Shown piece after piece: positions 50,640 through 63,664 of a stretch of DNA of 64,000 nucleotides. Below the pieces are notes generated by a model. It was not told the DNA's origin and made no database searches. It worked only from the letters and a program-made list of their open reading frames with translations. How positions within the stretch are numbered: position 1 is the first letter of the stretch; each line of letters begins with the position of its first letter. The position numbers and the translations under genes are program-made. The stretch comes from Chiloscyllium plagiosum (taxonomy: Eukaryota), in contig NC_057718.1 in assembly GCF_004010195.1 (NCBI RefSeq), positions 33,751,851-33,815,850 of the forward strand, written 5' to 3'.

Positions 50640-51308
50640 GGCGGCACGGTGGCACAGTGGTTAGCACTGTTGCCTCGCAGCGCCGGAGACCCGGGTTCAA
50701 CCGCCTCAGGCGACTGACTGTGTGGAGTTTGCACGTTCTCCCCGTGTCTGCGTGGGTTTCATCTGACCAGCACATCTTTGGATTGTGGGAGGCAGCCGGA
50801 GCACCCAGAGGAAACTCACACAGTCGCGGGGAGAATATGCAAGCTCCACACAGACAGCGGGAATCGAACCCGGGTTCCTGGCATTGTGAGGCAGCAATGT
50901 GAACCACTGAGCCACCGTGCCGCTGTTATCTCTGATTCTATCTTCTCCCTCTCAATTTGCAGAGTAAATTCAATCACATTATGATCACTGCCTCCTAAAT
51001 GTTCCGAAGGATATTTCTACCTTGAGGCCCTGATTTTTAGGTTTTCCCCAGTTTCCTATTTTCTGCTTGCAGGATCTTATCCTCTTTACTGACACATTTT
51101 ATACCAGTCTCTGGCTGTCCCTCCTGTCCTTTCAGAATTCCTGCAGATACTCAGTGACATCATTGACCAAGGCACCAGGGAGGCAATATTGAGGGGTAAA
51201 TGTAGGGGTAGGGGTAGGGGTATGGGTGGGTTCGCTTCGGCGGGTCGGCGTGGACTTGTTGGGCCGAAGGGCCTGTTTCCACACTGTAATGTAATCTAAT
51301 CTAATCTA
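50640..51308 (+). mobile_element. HE1 V-SINE split by a templated insertion
   Basis: Head at 50640-50760 and tail at 51192-51308 ((taatc)n + polyA); the middle is replaced by a copy of 49128-49549. Confidence 0.88.
50758..51191. repeat. Near-identical direct copy of 49128-49549
   Basis: 434 bp versus 422 bp; two substitutions seen plus a 12-bp indel. Confidence 0.92.
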
Positions 51309-51561
51309 AAAAAAAACAAGTCTCAGATACTCTCCGGGGGTGTTGCACGATATCAAACTCCTATAACTCACCTGAACTTCTGTAGTATATATTTTGTGTA
51401 AGTACAGTAAGTGGTGAGCACTCTTCTATTGCCACTTAATGTAAAACTTTAAACTTTTGTCATATTCTTCATTGTAAAACAGGAATTGCATTTCACTTTG
51501 AAATGTCTCCAACTGAATTAATTGTACGAACAGTGATTGTTAGGCAGACACTTCTGTTTCA

Positions 51562-51888
51562 GGCGGCACGATGGCTCAGTGGTTAGCACTGCTGCCTCAC
51601 AGTACCAGGGACCTGGGTTTGATTCCTGCCTCAGGTGACTGTGTGGAGTTTGCACGTTCTCCCTGTGTCTGCATGGGTTTCCTCTGGGTGCTCCGGTTTC
51701 CTCCCACAATCCAAAGATGTGCAGATCAGGTGAATTGGCCATGCTAAATTGCCCAAAGTGTTAGGTGTATTAGTTGGGGTAAATCTAGGCTAAGTGAATG
51801 GGTCTGGGTGGGCTACTGTTGGAAGGGTCGGTGTAGACGTGCTGGGCAGAAGGGCCTGTCTCTATACTGTAGGGAATCTAATCTAATC
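51562..51888 (+). mobile_element. HE1 V-SINE, full length
   Basis: ggcggcacgatggctcagtggttagcactgc...gtagggaatctaatctaatc. Confidence 0.92.
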
Positions 51889-52250
51889 ATAGGGAAATCT
51901 TGTAACTAAAAATAGCTTACATTGATTATTTAAAGGAAATCCTGCATGTTATTCATCCTTTTATGAATGTTGATATTTTTCAAACTTTAGCTAATGTAAT
52001 TGTTTTGGTCAATTATTACTTTCTGTAATTAAAGAATAGTTGTTTCCAAAGTATTATTAATTGGTGACATTCTCTGATAATTTTGAGACAATATTTTGAC
52101 TTTCAACTTGGAGATTTGTTATTTGAATTAGAGGTACTAAATGTCACAATTCTGTTTGAAAGAGTAATTGATGATAATTCAAAGGATTAGTGGCATTATG
52201 CACTGAAGTAGGGCGACTTTAATTCAAAGTGCAATTGCATGAAAAACATT

Positions 52251-52340
52251 TTAGATTAGATTATTTCCAAGTCCACGCCTTCGGCCCATAAAGTCCACAC
52301 CGACCCTCCGAAGAGCAACCCACCCAGACATTCACCTACA
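52251..52340 (-). mobile_element. HE1 SINE 3' fragment
   Basis: ttagattagatt...gccttcggccca..aagtccacaccgaccctccgaagagcaacccaccc. Confidence 0.75.
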
Positions 52341-52774
52341 TATAGTGTGGCCTGCAGGGCTACATAGAGATGCCAGTGCTGATAGTATATTTGGGTGGGA
52401 ATATTCTGATGTCACCTTGTAACTAGGCCATTTTACAATGAAATTGGAATTGCTGCTGTTGTGCTTGTCCCTAATCGTGGTATATCTGGTGCAACTCAGA
52501 AATTTTGACATTTGAATTGTATTACTTCAAGGAAGCTTTCTTCATGCTAAATGTTTCAATATTTGTTAGGAATTGCAATTGTTGGAAAGTAATTTTACTG
52601 CATGATAACGTGAATGCGAAGAGTGTTTGGTTGTAGAATCCATGCTCTTGTAGTATGGTGAAGTAATCTAGTGATTCTTTTATAGGGATGTGCTTTTTGA
52701 ACAAGTCCCTGAAAGAATACCAGTAGAGTGCTGCTAATTCTGAACATACAAATAGGACCAAGTGTAGGCCATCT

Positions 52775-52885
52775 GGGCTTTTGCCCGAAACTCCTGCCCC
52801 TCGGATGCTGGCTGACCTGCTGTGCTTATCCAGCACCACACTCTCGACTCTGATACTCCAGCTTCTGCAGTCCTCACTTTCGCTC
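52775..52885 (+). mobile_element. Short Penelope-derived element starting at hammerhead stem II
   Basis: gggcttttgcccGAAAC...ctcctgcccctcggatgctg...ctgcagtcctcacttt; no clear TSD. Confidence 0.75.
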
Positions 52886-53284
52886 AATTAACACTCAAGC
52901 GTGCAGCGCCAATCAATAAGAATGGTGATCTGATTACTTGACATTCCAGCACGGTAGCCCATTTTCTTATCAAGAATCCACCTATTTCTGGAAGTAACAA
53001 AGGCAACGATGAGGATCTCAGCAACATGGGTGAGGAGGTCAAATCAGGTAATAGTACAAAGGAAAAGTAGGCTGGTGGTGTAGAGATTGGAGCCTTATTA
53101 CTCTATTAACCAAAGTGTAGACCCTTATGCTTACCTACATTAAAATGTATTTGCTAATTATGCATCCATTCCACCTGTATTCTTCTTATCTTCCCAATTA
53201 GATGTTATCAACAAATTTTAAAATTCTATTCCAAGTCCAGATATTTTGTAAATAATAAACGACACTGAATATCAGTCATAGTAT

Positions 53285-54780
53285 TGTAGAAAATAGGAGG
53301 AGTAGGAGACTATTTGGCCCTTTTGAGCCAGTCATTTAATATAATCATGGCTGATCATCCTCCTCCATACCCTGTTCCGACTTTTGCACCATAGATTTGA
53401 TCTCTTGAGCCCTAAGAACTGTCTAATTCCTTCTCAAAACCATTCAATGTTTTGGCCTGAATCACTGTCTATGGAAAGAAGATTTTGCAGGCTCACCACA
53501 CTGGATGAAGAAATTGCTCTTAATTTCAGTCCTAAATGACCTATCCTGTATCTTTAAACTATGACCCCTTGTTCTGAACTCCCCGGTCATAAGGAATATC
53601 TTTCCTATATTTACCTGTCTAGTCTTAAAGGATTTTATAGTTTCCTTTGTGATACCCTGCTAGGCCAAATCGATCTAGTCTCTCTTCATGCTTTACTTCT
53701 GTCATCCCAGGAATCAGTCTGGTAAACCTTTGTTGTCAGAGTCAGGACGTCCTTCCCCATATAAGGAGACTAAAACTGCATATGGTACTCCAGGTGTGAT
53801 CCCACTAAGACATCCCTGCTCCTGTATTCAAATCCTCTCGCTATGAAAGCCAACATACGAAATGCTGCCTTCACCATTGCTGCATTTGTCTGGTTAATTT
53901 CAGTGATTCATGCACAAGGACACCCAGGTCTCATTGCATCTTCTCCTTTCTCAATCTATTGCCCTTTAGATAATAATCTCCCTTCCTGCTTTTGCTACCA
54001 AAATGAATGACTTCCCATTAAGTCACATTATACTTCATCTGCTATGCATTTGGATACTCACTCAACTTGTCCAAATAACACTGAAGCATCTCTGCATGAT
54101 TCACCCATCACCCAGCTCTGTGTCATCTGCAGAATTGGAGATTTTACATACAGCTCTCTCATCTATATTATTAATATCTGTTGTGAGTAGCTGAGGTCCA
54201 AATGCTGACCCTTGTACCGTAGGAAACACATTGAAGTTTTAGAGCTGATATTTGACAGATACACTAGACTGCTACCTTGTTGGAATAATACAGATTATGG
54301 AACAAGATGGTAAAAAAGTCAAAAATAACGCAACTTATGGAACAGAAGGCCAGAGACACAAGATCGATGTAACAGAATTGGAACCAAGGTGAGAAAACCT
54401 TCTTTCTACAGAGTTGTACTCTTACTCTGTAAAGGTTCTCAGGTGGTGCATTCCAGATTCCTACCATCCTCTGAGTGAATTTTTGTTTTCCCTGAAATCC
54501 AATCTAAACCTCTTGCCTTTCACCTTAAAAAATTATGCCTACTTATTATTGGCCCTTCAACTAAAGGGAACAACTACCTTCTATCCAGTCTGACCGTGGC
54601 CATCATAATTTTATACAGCTTAGTCAGGTCCCCTTTCAGCCTTTTTGTACTCTAAAGAAAAAATCCCCAGCTAATCCAGCCTTTATTCACAACTAATCTG
54701 CTCTATCCCAGGGAACATCCTGGTCAGTCTCTTCTGATCTCTTCAAGTGAAATCACATCCTTCTTACAGTATAGTGACTA
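53285..54780 (-). mobile_element. Old CR1-type LINE 3' fragments (two pieces)
   Basis: taggaggagtagg..tatttggccc..atcatggctgatc tail; gtgtcatctgcagaattgg (KFADD-like on the minus strand); second piece at about 54420-54780. Confidence 0.72.
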
Positions 54781-55741
54781 GATTATTAACAATTGACCAT
54801 GAAATACTAAAAATTGTGGATATTTGTCATTCATCTAATGTTCAGTAAATCTACAGTGAGACATGTATATGTAACTCTCACTAATATGCCTTATATTACA
54901 GTAAAAAAGTAATGACTTGAGCATTTTGGAAAGTGCCCTCCTGCAGAGTGTTTTGGATCAAGAACATTAGGCTGTATTCCCATTTTCCATCATTTGTGAT
55001 GGAAGCTTTGGGAAGCTACACAAGTAAAGGTCAAGGTGCATTTCTAGCTATTTCTAAACACACTGGTTTTTATTTTAATGCTGAATGTTACAGAAGTCAT
55101 CAGTGAACAAAAATGTAACAACATTTGGGTAAAAGTGCTATCTAAATGGAAAATATAGAAGTTGTAATTTACAATTTATTGTTTGTAAATGACATGCTGT
55201 TAATCCAGCAAAATATAGGTCAGCCCTGTAAATTAGTACTGGCAAACTTAGTAAAATCTGCATTTTTTGTACGAAATATTGACTCAGGTGAGACTGGATG
55301 GATAATTGACAAAATATAATTTAGATCACTTCAATTTTTCTGCTGAAAAACTGCCAAAGTTGCTTTATTGTCATTTTTAGTTGTTTTTTTTATGTGACCG
55401 TCTGTGCTAATGGAGGTGATCATGCTGGGGAATGGAATAATTTTTATGACTGGGCTTTTATTTCCCAAATCATGTATAATGTTGTGGGCTAGTCAATAAA
55501 GTTTAGTCTACATTGCATTAATGATATCGTCCATTTCCATAAAACCTAATGATTGATAATTTAGGAAACATATAAAAGATGTAATCTCCAAATATTTGTT
55601 TTATTTAAGCAAATAGATGTTGCTGTTGTAAGTATGAGAACATTTATTTTCTTTCTCATCTTTCGTTCTTCATTATATCATTAATACTGTATTTTACAAT
55701 TTTCGATTCCTGCTCGTTGTCCATCAATCTTTTTAAAATTA

Positions 55742-55926
55742 AAATACTGTGGATTCTGGAAATCTGAAACAAAAAATAATAAATGCTAGAAATACTCAGC
55801 AGGTATAAAGGAACAGAGTTGATGTTCAGTTTGAAGAAAAATCATCAATATGAAATGCTAATTCTGTTTCTGTCTTCGAAGATGCTGCCAGACCTACTGA
55901 ACATCTCCACCTTTTGCAGTTTTTAT
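55742..55926. mobile_element. Old fold-back Penelope-derived element
   Basis: actgtggattctggaaatctgaaac..tgctagaaatactcagcagg / gatgctgccagacctactgaacatctcca inverted halves around a decayed tgaaga..gaaatgct core. Confidence 0.55.
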
Positions 55927-58384
55927 CATCAAAACCTAACTTTTTATCCTGTTCAGTTACATCTGTGAACATTGCTTCCACTACTTGGTATCTCTTCCGT
56001 TTAAGTATTTTAATTATTAATTTCTTCCCCCACTTTATTATGCACTTTGGAACATTTTATTACATCAATTAATTCAAATTATTGTTGCCTCCTACGCTTG
56101 TTGTTCTTTCCACATTGCCTTGTCTGATTGATTGAAAAGAATCGTCGGTATCGAAGGGTTAATGTGTTGTCCTGAAAAGAAGCAAATGGATCATTCAAAA
56201 TGTTATGAAACAAAGTAATGAATTGTTGAATAAATTGGAGCTCTTGTTAAAATTCCCTTGCAAGTGTATATACTTGTACTGTAAAAGAATGTTTACTCCA
56301 TGCTAAAACTTTTATTTTTGTTAATTTTAAGTTAAATCAATTCTTTGCACATTTTGCCAAACCTATGTGAATGTAACTGTAAAGTTATGTATAGATTAAG
56401 GCATGTACTGTACTTACTGAATGATATGCTCCTGTGCAATAAGTGATTCATTTTCCCCTTCTCTCTATCCCTCACACCTTGCTGCCACCACCCTCAGCTA
56501 AAATGGATGAGCTTTCAAGAGTGGTTTATTTAAGAGTCTGGCTAAGAACTCAAACAAAGAAAATGACCCTGCCTGAGCTCCAACTGATTATCAAATTTAA
56601 AGTTTCAGTTCTCTAGTCAAGTTTCCAAGCTAATGAGTCATAAGAATGCAAATATATTGGGTGGACTGTCTAACAAATGTTTCCTTGTTGTTCTGCCTTA
56701 TATCATATTGTATCACTTCCATTGGGTGCAGAAATATCTGAAATGCATCCAAAACACAATATACATTATATATGCCCCACTTTAATTTAGCTTATTCTAT
56801 CTACAAAATCAATTATTTATTTTCATTTCAATACTAGAATGAATTAAAGATTTTCTTGTGGCTTTACATTTCCACTTGTACATTTAACTTCAGCTCTAGG
56901 TTTTTGTAAAAACTTGTGTTTTGAGCACACTTAAATAGCTATGATTTTCTATTTTCTAAAGTAATGGGTGAGTCATAGGAAATAGAACACTTGCTTGAAA
57001 TTTTCCTAAAGACTTGCATTGGAAAATAAAACTGGTCCTGTGTTGCTGCTAGTTTCAAATTAACTTAAATTGAAACTGAGTTACTGCTGATCAGTGTTTA
57101 CTAGCATAATCTCCATGGTTGTAACCATTATATAAAATTTTAGTAATTGTGATATTGTTAAAGAGAGATCCTGGGAAGGTCAATAAATCAAAAAGCTCAA
57201 TTATGCCATACTTTGATCTTAAAAGCCAGTTGACTTTATGAAGAAGGGATGACTGGAAGTAGTAAAAGGGAAAGAACTACTTAGTTGCTGGTAATATGAT
57301 GAGTCATCTTTTCACTCCTGGAAGGAACAAAAAAGTAATGATTTCTGTATACAGAGTTTTAAAAAAATTCAAAACAAGTCTACAATAGGATGCATCATCA
57401 AGAGAACAAAATATTAACTAGTTCAAAGGTCATATTTATATGTAATTCCTCTTCATTGAAAGACTATGCAGACACTTTTGAAAAAAGTTTTAAAGTATTG
57501 ATGTCACCTTTATCCATTATATTAAATCAAAAAAAATCCCATGTCCTAATCGTGCATATTTGATTAGATTGATGAACTGGAGAAGACTGCATGTGGCGTT
57601 GATTGGAACAGCTCATTAGAGTAGAAAAGTTTAAATAGTTGTAATAGTTGTAAATCATTATACATCAATAAAATGGAAATTATCAGGGAGTCTATTTTAT
57701 AATGGGAGACAAATAGGAACAAATAAAACACTGAATGGTGGATACCTTCCTTTGTATCTATTATGAGATCAGGAAATGGATTGTGATGGTACACAGGTCT
57801 TAAAAAATATGTAAGATGTGATTTCAGAGTTTACCAAACTGGTACCATATGGATCATCTAATATAGGTTTCAGTGGACAATTTATCGGTAGAAACCATTT
57901 AATTCTCTGAATTCCTAAATTAAAACATTTAACAGAAGTAGCTGAGTTATGTATATGTTTATTTCCTGTTTTTGAAATCTTAGGAGTGTTGTTGCACAAG
58001 GAAAGTCTTAGTGAATACAAAATCAAATCCATATGCTTACCTTTATAATGATATATCTACATTGTTAAGAATCTCTTCTGCATTGCTGAAAATTCAATCA
58101 ATCAACATTGAAGAAATTATGTAAATTTATCACAAGGTAGGCAGATTTCTTCAATTACAGAAAGCAAATTGAAATAAATTTCAAAAACATCAGTATTTTA
58201 AAAAATCTACACATCTAATGGTGGTCAAGGCTTGTGGCACATTTACCAGCATTTTGTCTTCAGCATTTTGTACCCAAGTTGTCCCAAGTATGCCAGACAC
58301 ACTCGTAATTTGTTACTACTCAAGTTAAGACGAGGATAAGTGTCCATATTTCTCAGTCAAATCTATATAATTTATTTTCTGCAG

Positions 58385-58553
58385 GTGTGGTCACTCACCT
58401 GTGTATCGATCTCGTGAAATGGCAGCTCGTGCATTAGTTCCTTTTGTTGCAGTGGATCAAATACTTCCTATGGCAGTGTCTTTGATGGAACGCTTACCTG
58501 CTGCCACAGATCCACGCATACGACAGAACCACATCCATGGGATACTGCTGCAG
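58385..58553 (+). CDS. THADA: THADA internal coding exon (169 nt, phase 2/0)
   Basis: tttattttctgcAG acceptor and CAG|GTAGAG donor. Translates (R)CGHSPVYRSREMAARALVPFVAVDQILPMAVSLMERLPAATDPRIRQNHIHGILLQ, in frame with the previous exon (AG+G=Arg), matching recalled THADA CGHSPVYHSREMAARALVPFV...RQNHIHGTLLQ. Confidence 0.95.
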
Positions 58554-59378
58554 GTAGAGTCTCCACATTAAATCATAGAGTTTGAAAGTGGCTTTCATTT
58601 GTTGGTTAAGTGAATAAGTGGGCTTTGATAACAAAAAAAAAGTAGTTTGTCTTTTAGTTTTTAACTGTAATTCAGGGGTATTTAAAGGCTGTCCTCAAGC
58701 TGTAACCTACACAACATGTTAGCCCCATTAGCACATCAATCCACTGACCAAGGTTGCAAATGATGTGTAACCTCTGTTTTACCCTTCCTGGAATATACAA
58801 AACACAAGCCTGTCTTTTGATTCATGTCCCCAGTGTGGAATATAATCCACAGGAGGGGTTTACACAGCAGTCTTTCAGCAGTCAGCTATAATGCTTCGTT
58901 ATATTATCAGCCAGGCTTGGGCTTGTTTCCTTTGTTTAAAATAAGCATGACCATATCCAAAAATTCAATATGTCTGTAAGACATTCAGAATTCTGATCCA
59001 TAATCCTGGCAATATTCATCTAAATGAAAAAGTAGAGTTATTTTGAGTACTCACAAGCCTCAAAAAGGTTACAATCTGAATAGCACCACGTAAAGGGTAA
59101 TAGAAGTAAATTCTATCTTGGTTTTCGGCAGAAAATAGCTAACTACTCCTGAAGGGAAAATATTTCCGGGTACAAGGGGAGTGGTACTAGCTGAATTACT
59201 TTTGCAGAGAGCAGACATGGGCTTAATGGGTTGACTGTCTGTTTTTGTGCTGTCACTATTTAAAATTTCTATAAAATGAATGTAAGTAAGTCAGAGTTCT
59301 TGCCTGTGAATGACAATGTTTGTTTTTCTGACACCAAGAACATTCCTTGCAACACTCACAAATTATTGTCGTCTCATC

Positions 59379-61125
59379 TGTCATGATTCTAATGAGTTTA
59401 GCCAGTTCGACCTCATAGAATAAGAGTTCCCTGACTGGGGCTGTGAAACTTGTCCAATCAGGAAGCCCTGGCTGACAGATATTAACAGATTGGCCCTTCG
59501 GCCCTATTAGTTCACACCGACCCTCTGAAGAGTAACCCACTCAGACCCATTTCCCACTGACCAATGCACCTAACACTATGGTTAATTTAGCATCACCAAT
59601 TCACCTGACCTGCAAATCTTTGGATTGTGGGAGCTTAGGAAATTTCTTGGGCTGATAAATTATTATTGGAAGTTCATGTAACCTGGCCTCCATCCTCACA
59701 CCTTTGTAACAACTCCTAAAGAAAGGGTCAGCCTTGGAAATGGTCACAAAGACAAGCCCGAGCTTTCAGTAAAGTAAAGAATCGGCTATCATTGTGTAAG
59801 ATGTTGACAAATTATGATCTTAAGAAATGGTATTGACATGTGAAGCCTCCCCATATGGCATCGAGGTGTTATTAGCTCATAGATGACCTAAGGGAGAGAA
59901 ATGCCCAACATTGTGTGCAACTAGGACTTTGGATAATGCAGAACATGAATACGTTCAGACAGCAAAAGAAGAATTGGCAGTCAAATTTGGAGTCAGGATG
60001 TTCCGCCAATACCTTTTTAGACTGCTTAAAGAGGACAAGTCAGTGCTGACAGTAGCTTTGCGCCGCATTCAGTGGTGGGCTGTAATACTAAGTGCTTAAA
60101 ATTACAATTATGACACTCGTGAGTAATGATTGCGGATGCATTGAGCCACCTCCCATTAGCAGATACGCTATCAGTGGAACTTCCAGTGGAAGAGTCGGTA
60201 AAGATATTTAAATTTTTGGATATGCTCCCAGTCACAGCTGATAATGTCAGACTTTGGTTGTAGAAAGATCCAGTCCTGGTCGTGATAGGGAAAACCAAAG
60301 AGACATCACAACTCAAATTGAAACCTTATAGGACCCTGAGAGACCAGCTTGTGGTAGAGGATGGCATATTGTTATGGGAAGCAAGGGTAATTGTCCTGAG
60401 CAAAGGATGCTGTGAAATACTGGCTGAACTCCACCAGGGACATCCAGGGATCTTGGATGTTGGTGAGAGTTTGTCTGGTGGGGCAGTGCCCAGACTACCA
60501 ACAAGGACAAGGACAAAAAACAGCTTCAAACAAAGCTTGGTGTAAGAATCGTGGAAATGGCCCCGCATGGGTAAGAGGTGTGGTTGTTGCGAGGTCAGAA
60601 CCAATGATGTATAAAGTTTGAATAAGTGCCATGGTTCTGAACAACTCACAAATTTGTAAATGATGTGGGAGTAAAACTTGCTTGACCACTCGGAACAATT
60701 CGAAAGGAACTCATGGGTTCACCCTCTCCCTTGAGCATTGATGAGTCTTCGGAATCAGGATGTAACTGCCTCAACCCTTTGCCACCAGTAGAAGAGAATG
60801 AAATTCTTCTGAGGTGCTCCTGGCGCAAGACGTGAACTATTGTGCATTACCTGACCCAGTGCTCAAATGCACCAGGAGATTCTCCAAGAAAAAGGACCAG
60901 TCTGTGTCTTTGGACTCCAAAGGGGAGGTAAGAAGTGATTGTAACCTCGTCAGCCTGCTCAACATCATCACTGTTAACCTGGTCCAATCAGGGAGCTATG
61001 GCTGACAGATAAAATGGGGAGTGACAGAGATACTGACACTCTGAGCTGATTCTGAGGCAGTGCTAAAGTCCAGGATTGTTCATGAGTAAATAAAGGGTTA
61101 CTTATTGAGAACTGGAGTTATTTCA
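59379..61125 (+). mobile_element. Decayed Ty3/Gypsy LTR retrotransposon
   Basis: TG...CA termini with 5-bp TSD TCATC (59374-59378, 61126-61130); shared LTR block gtccaatcagg.agc..tggctgacagata at about 59450 and 60982; purine tract before the 3' LTR (60940-61125); RT/RNaseH remnants FLGLINYY, LTCEASPYG, RTLDNAE..Y....KEELAV.FGV and pre-integrase EDGILLW..RVIV...ILAELHQGHPG. Confidence 0.85.
59487..59631 (-). mobile_element. HE1 SINE 3' half at the 5' LTR/internal junction
   Basis: ggcccttcggccc..cacaccgaccctctgaagagtaacccac...aattcacctgacctgcaaatctttggattgtggga. Confidence 0.8.
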
Positions 61126-61444
61126 TCATCAAAATTGAATTCTGCAAATCACACTGGAGTGCCTCTAACTGGTGGTAAAGGTGCTGCAATGAATAACTAA
61201 TGACATCATGTGGCTTTATTCAGTCTCCTAACCAAACTGCTACATTTAATAATATAAAGTTGAGTTTTACTGAGATAAGTGTAAGATGAGGTATGACTGA
61301 AGTAATTCTTGCAGCTGCGTGGTATTTTAATCTGTCAGTAAATTCTCATTCAAAGTTGTACTTGCAATCCTGAAAAGTGGGGAAAAAGACTGTGTACTTC
61401 ATAATGAAACAGCTGCAGTTAGGTTCTGTAGGAATTAATCAGAC

Positions 61445-62415
61445 GGTCTCCACCTGAACCCATCAGGTACCATTGTTCTAGCGAAGAGGATAAATAGGGT
61501 GGTCAGTAGGACTTTAAACTTCTGAGTTGGGGGGAAGGGAAAGTGAAAGCGACAGGGAGTATGGAGTTAAATGGAAAAATAAGCAGCAGGATAGCATGTG
61601 TGCAGGCGGATTTAAACTTGAGGCAGACTGGGAATGCAGCAAAAAGGAAGGATAACTTAGGACATCTTATGACTTCCAATATCTCTAATGATAAGAAAGT
61701 TAGCATTAAGGCACTTTACCTGAATGCTCGTAGCATTCGTAACAAAGCAGATGAACAAATGGCACAGATCATCATGAATGATTATGATGTGGTAGGCATC
61801 ACAGAGACGTGGTTGCAGGGGGGTCAGGACTGGCAGTTAAACATCCAAGAGTTTTCAACTTATCGAAAAGACAGGGAGGTGGGCAGGGGGAGCGGGGTTG
61901 CCTTGTTAGTTAAGAACAAAATTAAATCTATGGCACTGAATGACATAGCGTTGGATGATGTGGAGTCTGTGTGGGTGGAATTGAGGAACCACAAAGGCAA
62001 AACAACCATAATGGGAGTTATGTACAGACCTCCTAAACAGTGGTCAGGACCAGGAGCGCAACATGTACCGGGAAATAGAGAAGACATGTCAGAAAGGCAA
62101 GGTCATGGTGATCATGGGAGACTTCAATATGCAGGTGGACTGTGTAAATAATGTTGCCAGTGGATCCAAAGAAAGGGAATTCATGGAATGCTTACAGGGT
62201 GGCTTTTTGGAACTGCTTGTCATGGAGCCCACAAGGGAGCAGGCTATTCTGGACCTAGTGCTATGTAATGAACCAGACTTTATAAAACATCTGAAAGTAA
62301 GGGAACACTTAGGAAGCAGCGATCATAATATGGTAGAGTTCAGTCTGCAGTTTGAAAGAGAGAAGGCAAAATCGGATGTAATGGTGTTACAGTTAAATAA
62401 AGGTAATTATGAGGG
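61445..62415 (+). mobile_element. CR1-type LINE internal fragment: ORF1 end and APE endonuclease
   Basis: YLNARSIRNK..DVVGITETWL..GSGVALLVK..GVMYRPP..MGDFN..ILDLVLCNE..SDHN; very similar to 35686-36300 on the opposite strand. Confidence 0.9.
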
Positions 62416-63664
62416 CAATCCTAATTAGTGGCTAAATATTGCAATTCCTTGTCCTTCATATATTTTAATGTTTAATCTACTAGGAAAGTACTGTTACAAT
62501 ACAGCTGTTGGAGGATTATGGAAAATCCCACAGCATTTTACTGATTGACGTGTTTATTGAGTATATTTGGACAATGGAATGTATTGTTTAATTTCACACT
62601 GATACGTCCAGGTGTGACAACCCAGATGTAATTTTGGAGCAGTGTACTGTTGCTTTTCTGCCACTGCTTCACAAGCCACAATATTAAAAATAAACACTTT
62701 ACCAGAGTAACCAATTAAATGTTTTTATGTCAGATTTTGAATAAAAAGAGTTCTCGATATTAACCAGACTTCTTAATAAGCACCATTTCTGATTAATTAG
62801 CAAAATAAAACTTATTCAATAAAGAGTGACTATTTAGTTAAAATACATGGAGAGTACTATAGAAGTGCAAATGCTTATTGCTGTTACAATCCCCAAATAC
62901 ACAGATTCTTCAGGAAGAGAAAAATAAAAGCAGATTGTCCTCTGCAGAGATTGACAGCCACACTTTGGCCAATAGCTTATTTTGGAAGGCAAAAAGATAA
63001 AATGTAGAATTTTCTGGAGTCTGTTGCTCTGATGTTTTGGCATGTGTGGTCAAGTCAGCAAACATACATAATTGTCTCTCAGGTCTTACAGATAGATACA
63101 GCTCAGGAAGTACAATCGTGGATGTTCTTTGAATCAGTCTTTCAAAAGAACAAATAGATTTTAGATGCAGAGACTATCTTTTTCAAAAATGGAAAGGATC
63201 AGCTGAGCTAGCCTTCCTCCAACATGGCTTATCCTCCACGTGAACCAGATAAAATAAGAATCTTTCCAAAGCCTATTCCTGTTGAAGGGTCCACAGCAAA
63301 GCATGCAGTTATTACCTATGATGTCATTTCTGAGAAGTTCAGTATAAAAAATATTCTAATGCCCAAGTGACCTTTCAATATCCTGCCTTAAAGAAAACAC
63401 TCGAGATAAATTCAGGTAACTGAAATAATTTTTTTACGCAAATCTTCAAAACTTAAGGTCTCCTAATAGTATCAATGTAAAGCATATTTGTTACATGGCA
63501 AATTGACTTTATGTAACCTTTTGCATCAGTTTATCACGGCTACAAAACTGGCCATGCTGAGGTTGAATTAATCACCATGCCAAATTTCCACTTATTGTGT
63601 CATTTGGCAGACTTTTGTTGCGGCTCCTACAATACTATAACAGCAATCTTTTCAAAAAAAGAGT

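Noticed and set aside
61543..62428. Endonuclease/exonuclease/phosphatase ORFs as a host gene
   Set aside because: Frameshifted APE domain of a CR1 LINE, with a paralogue at 35686-36300.
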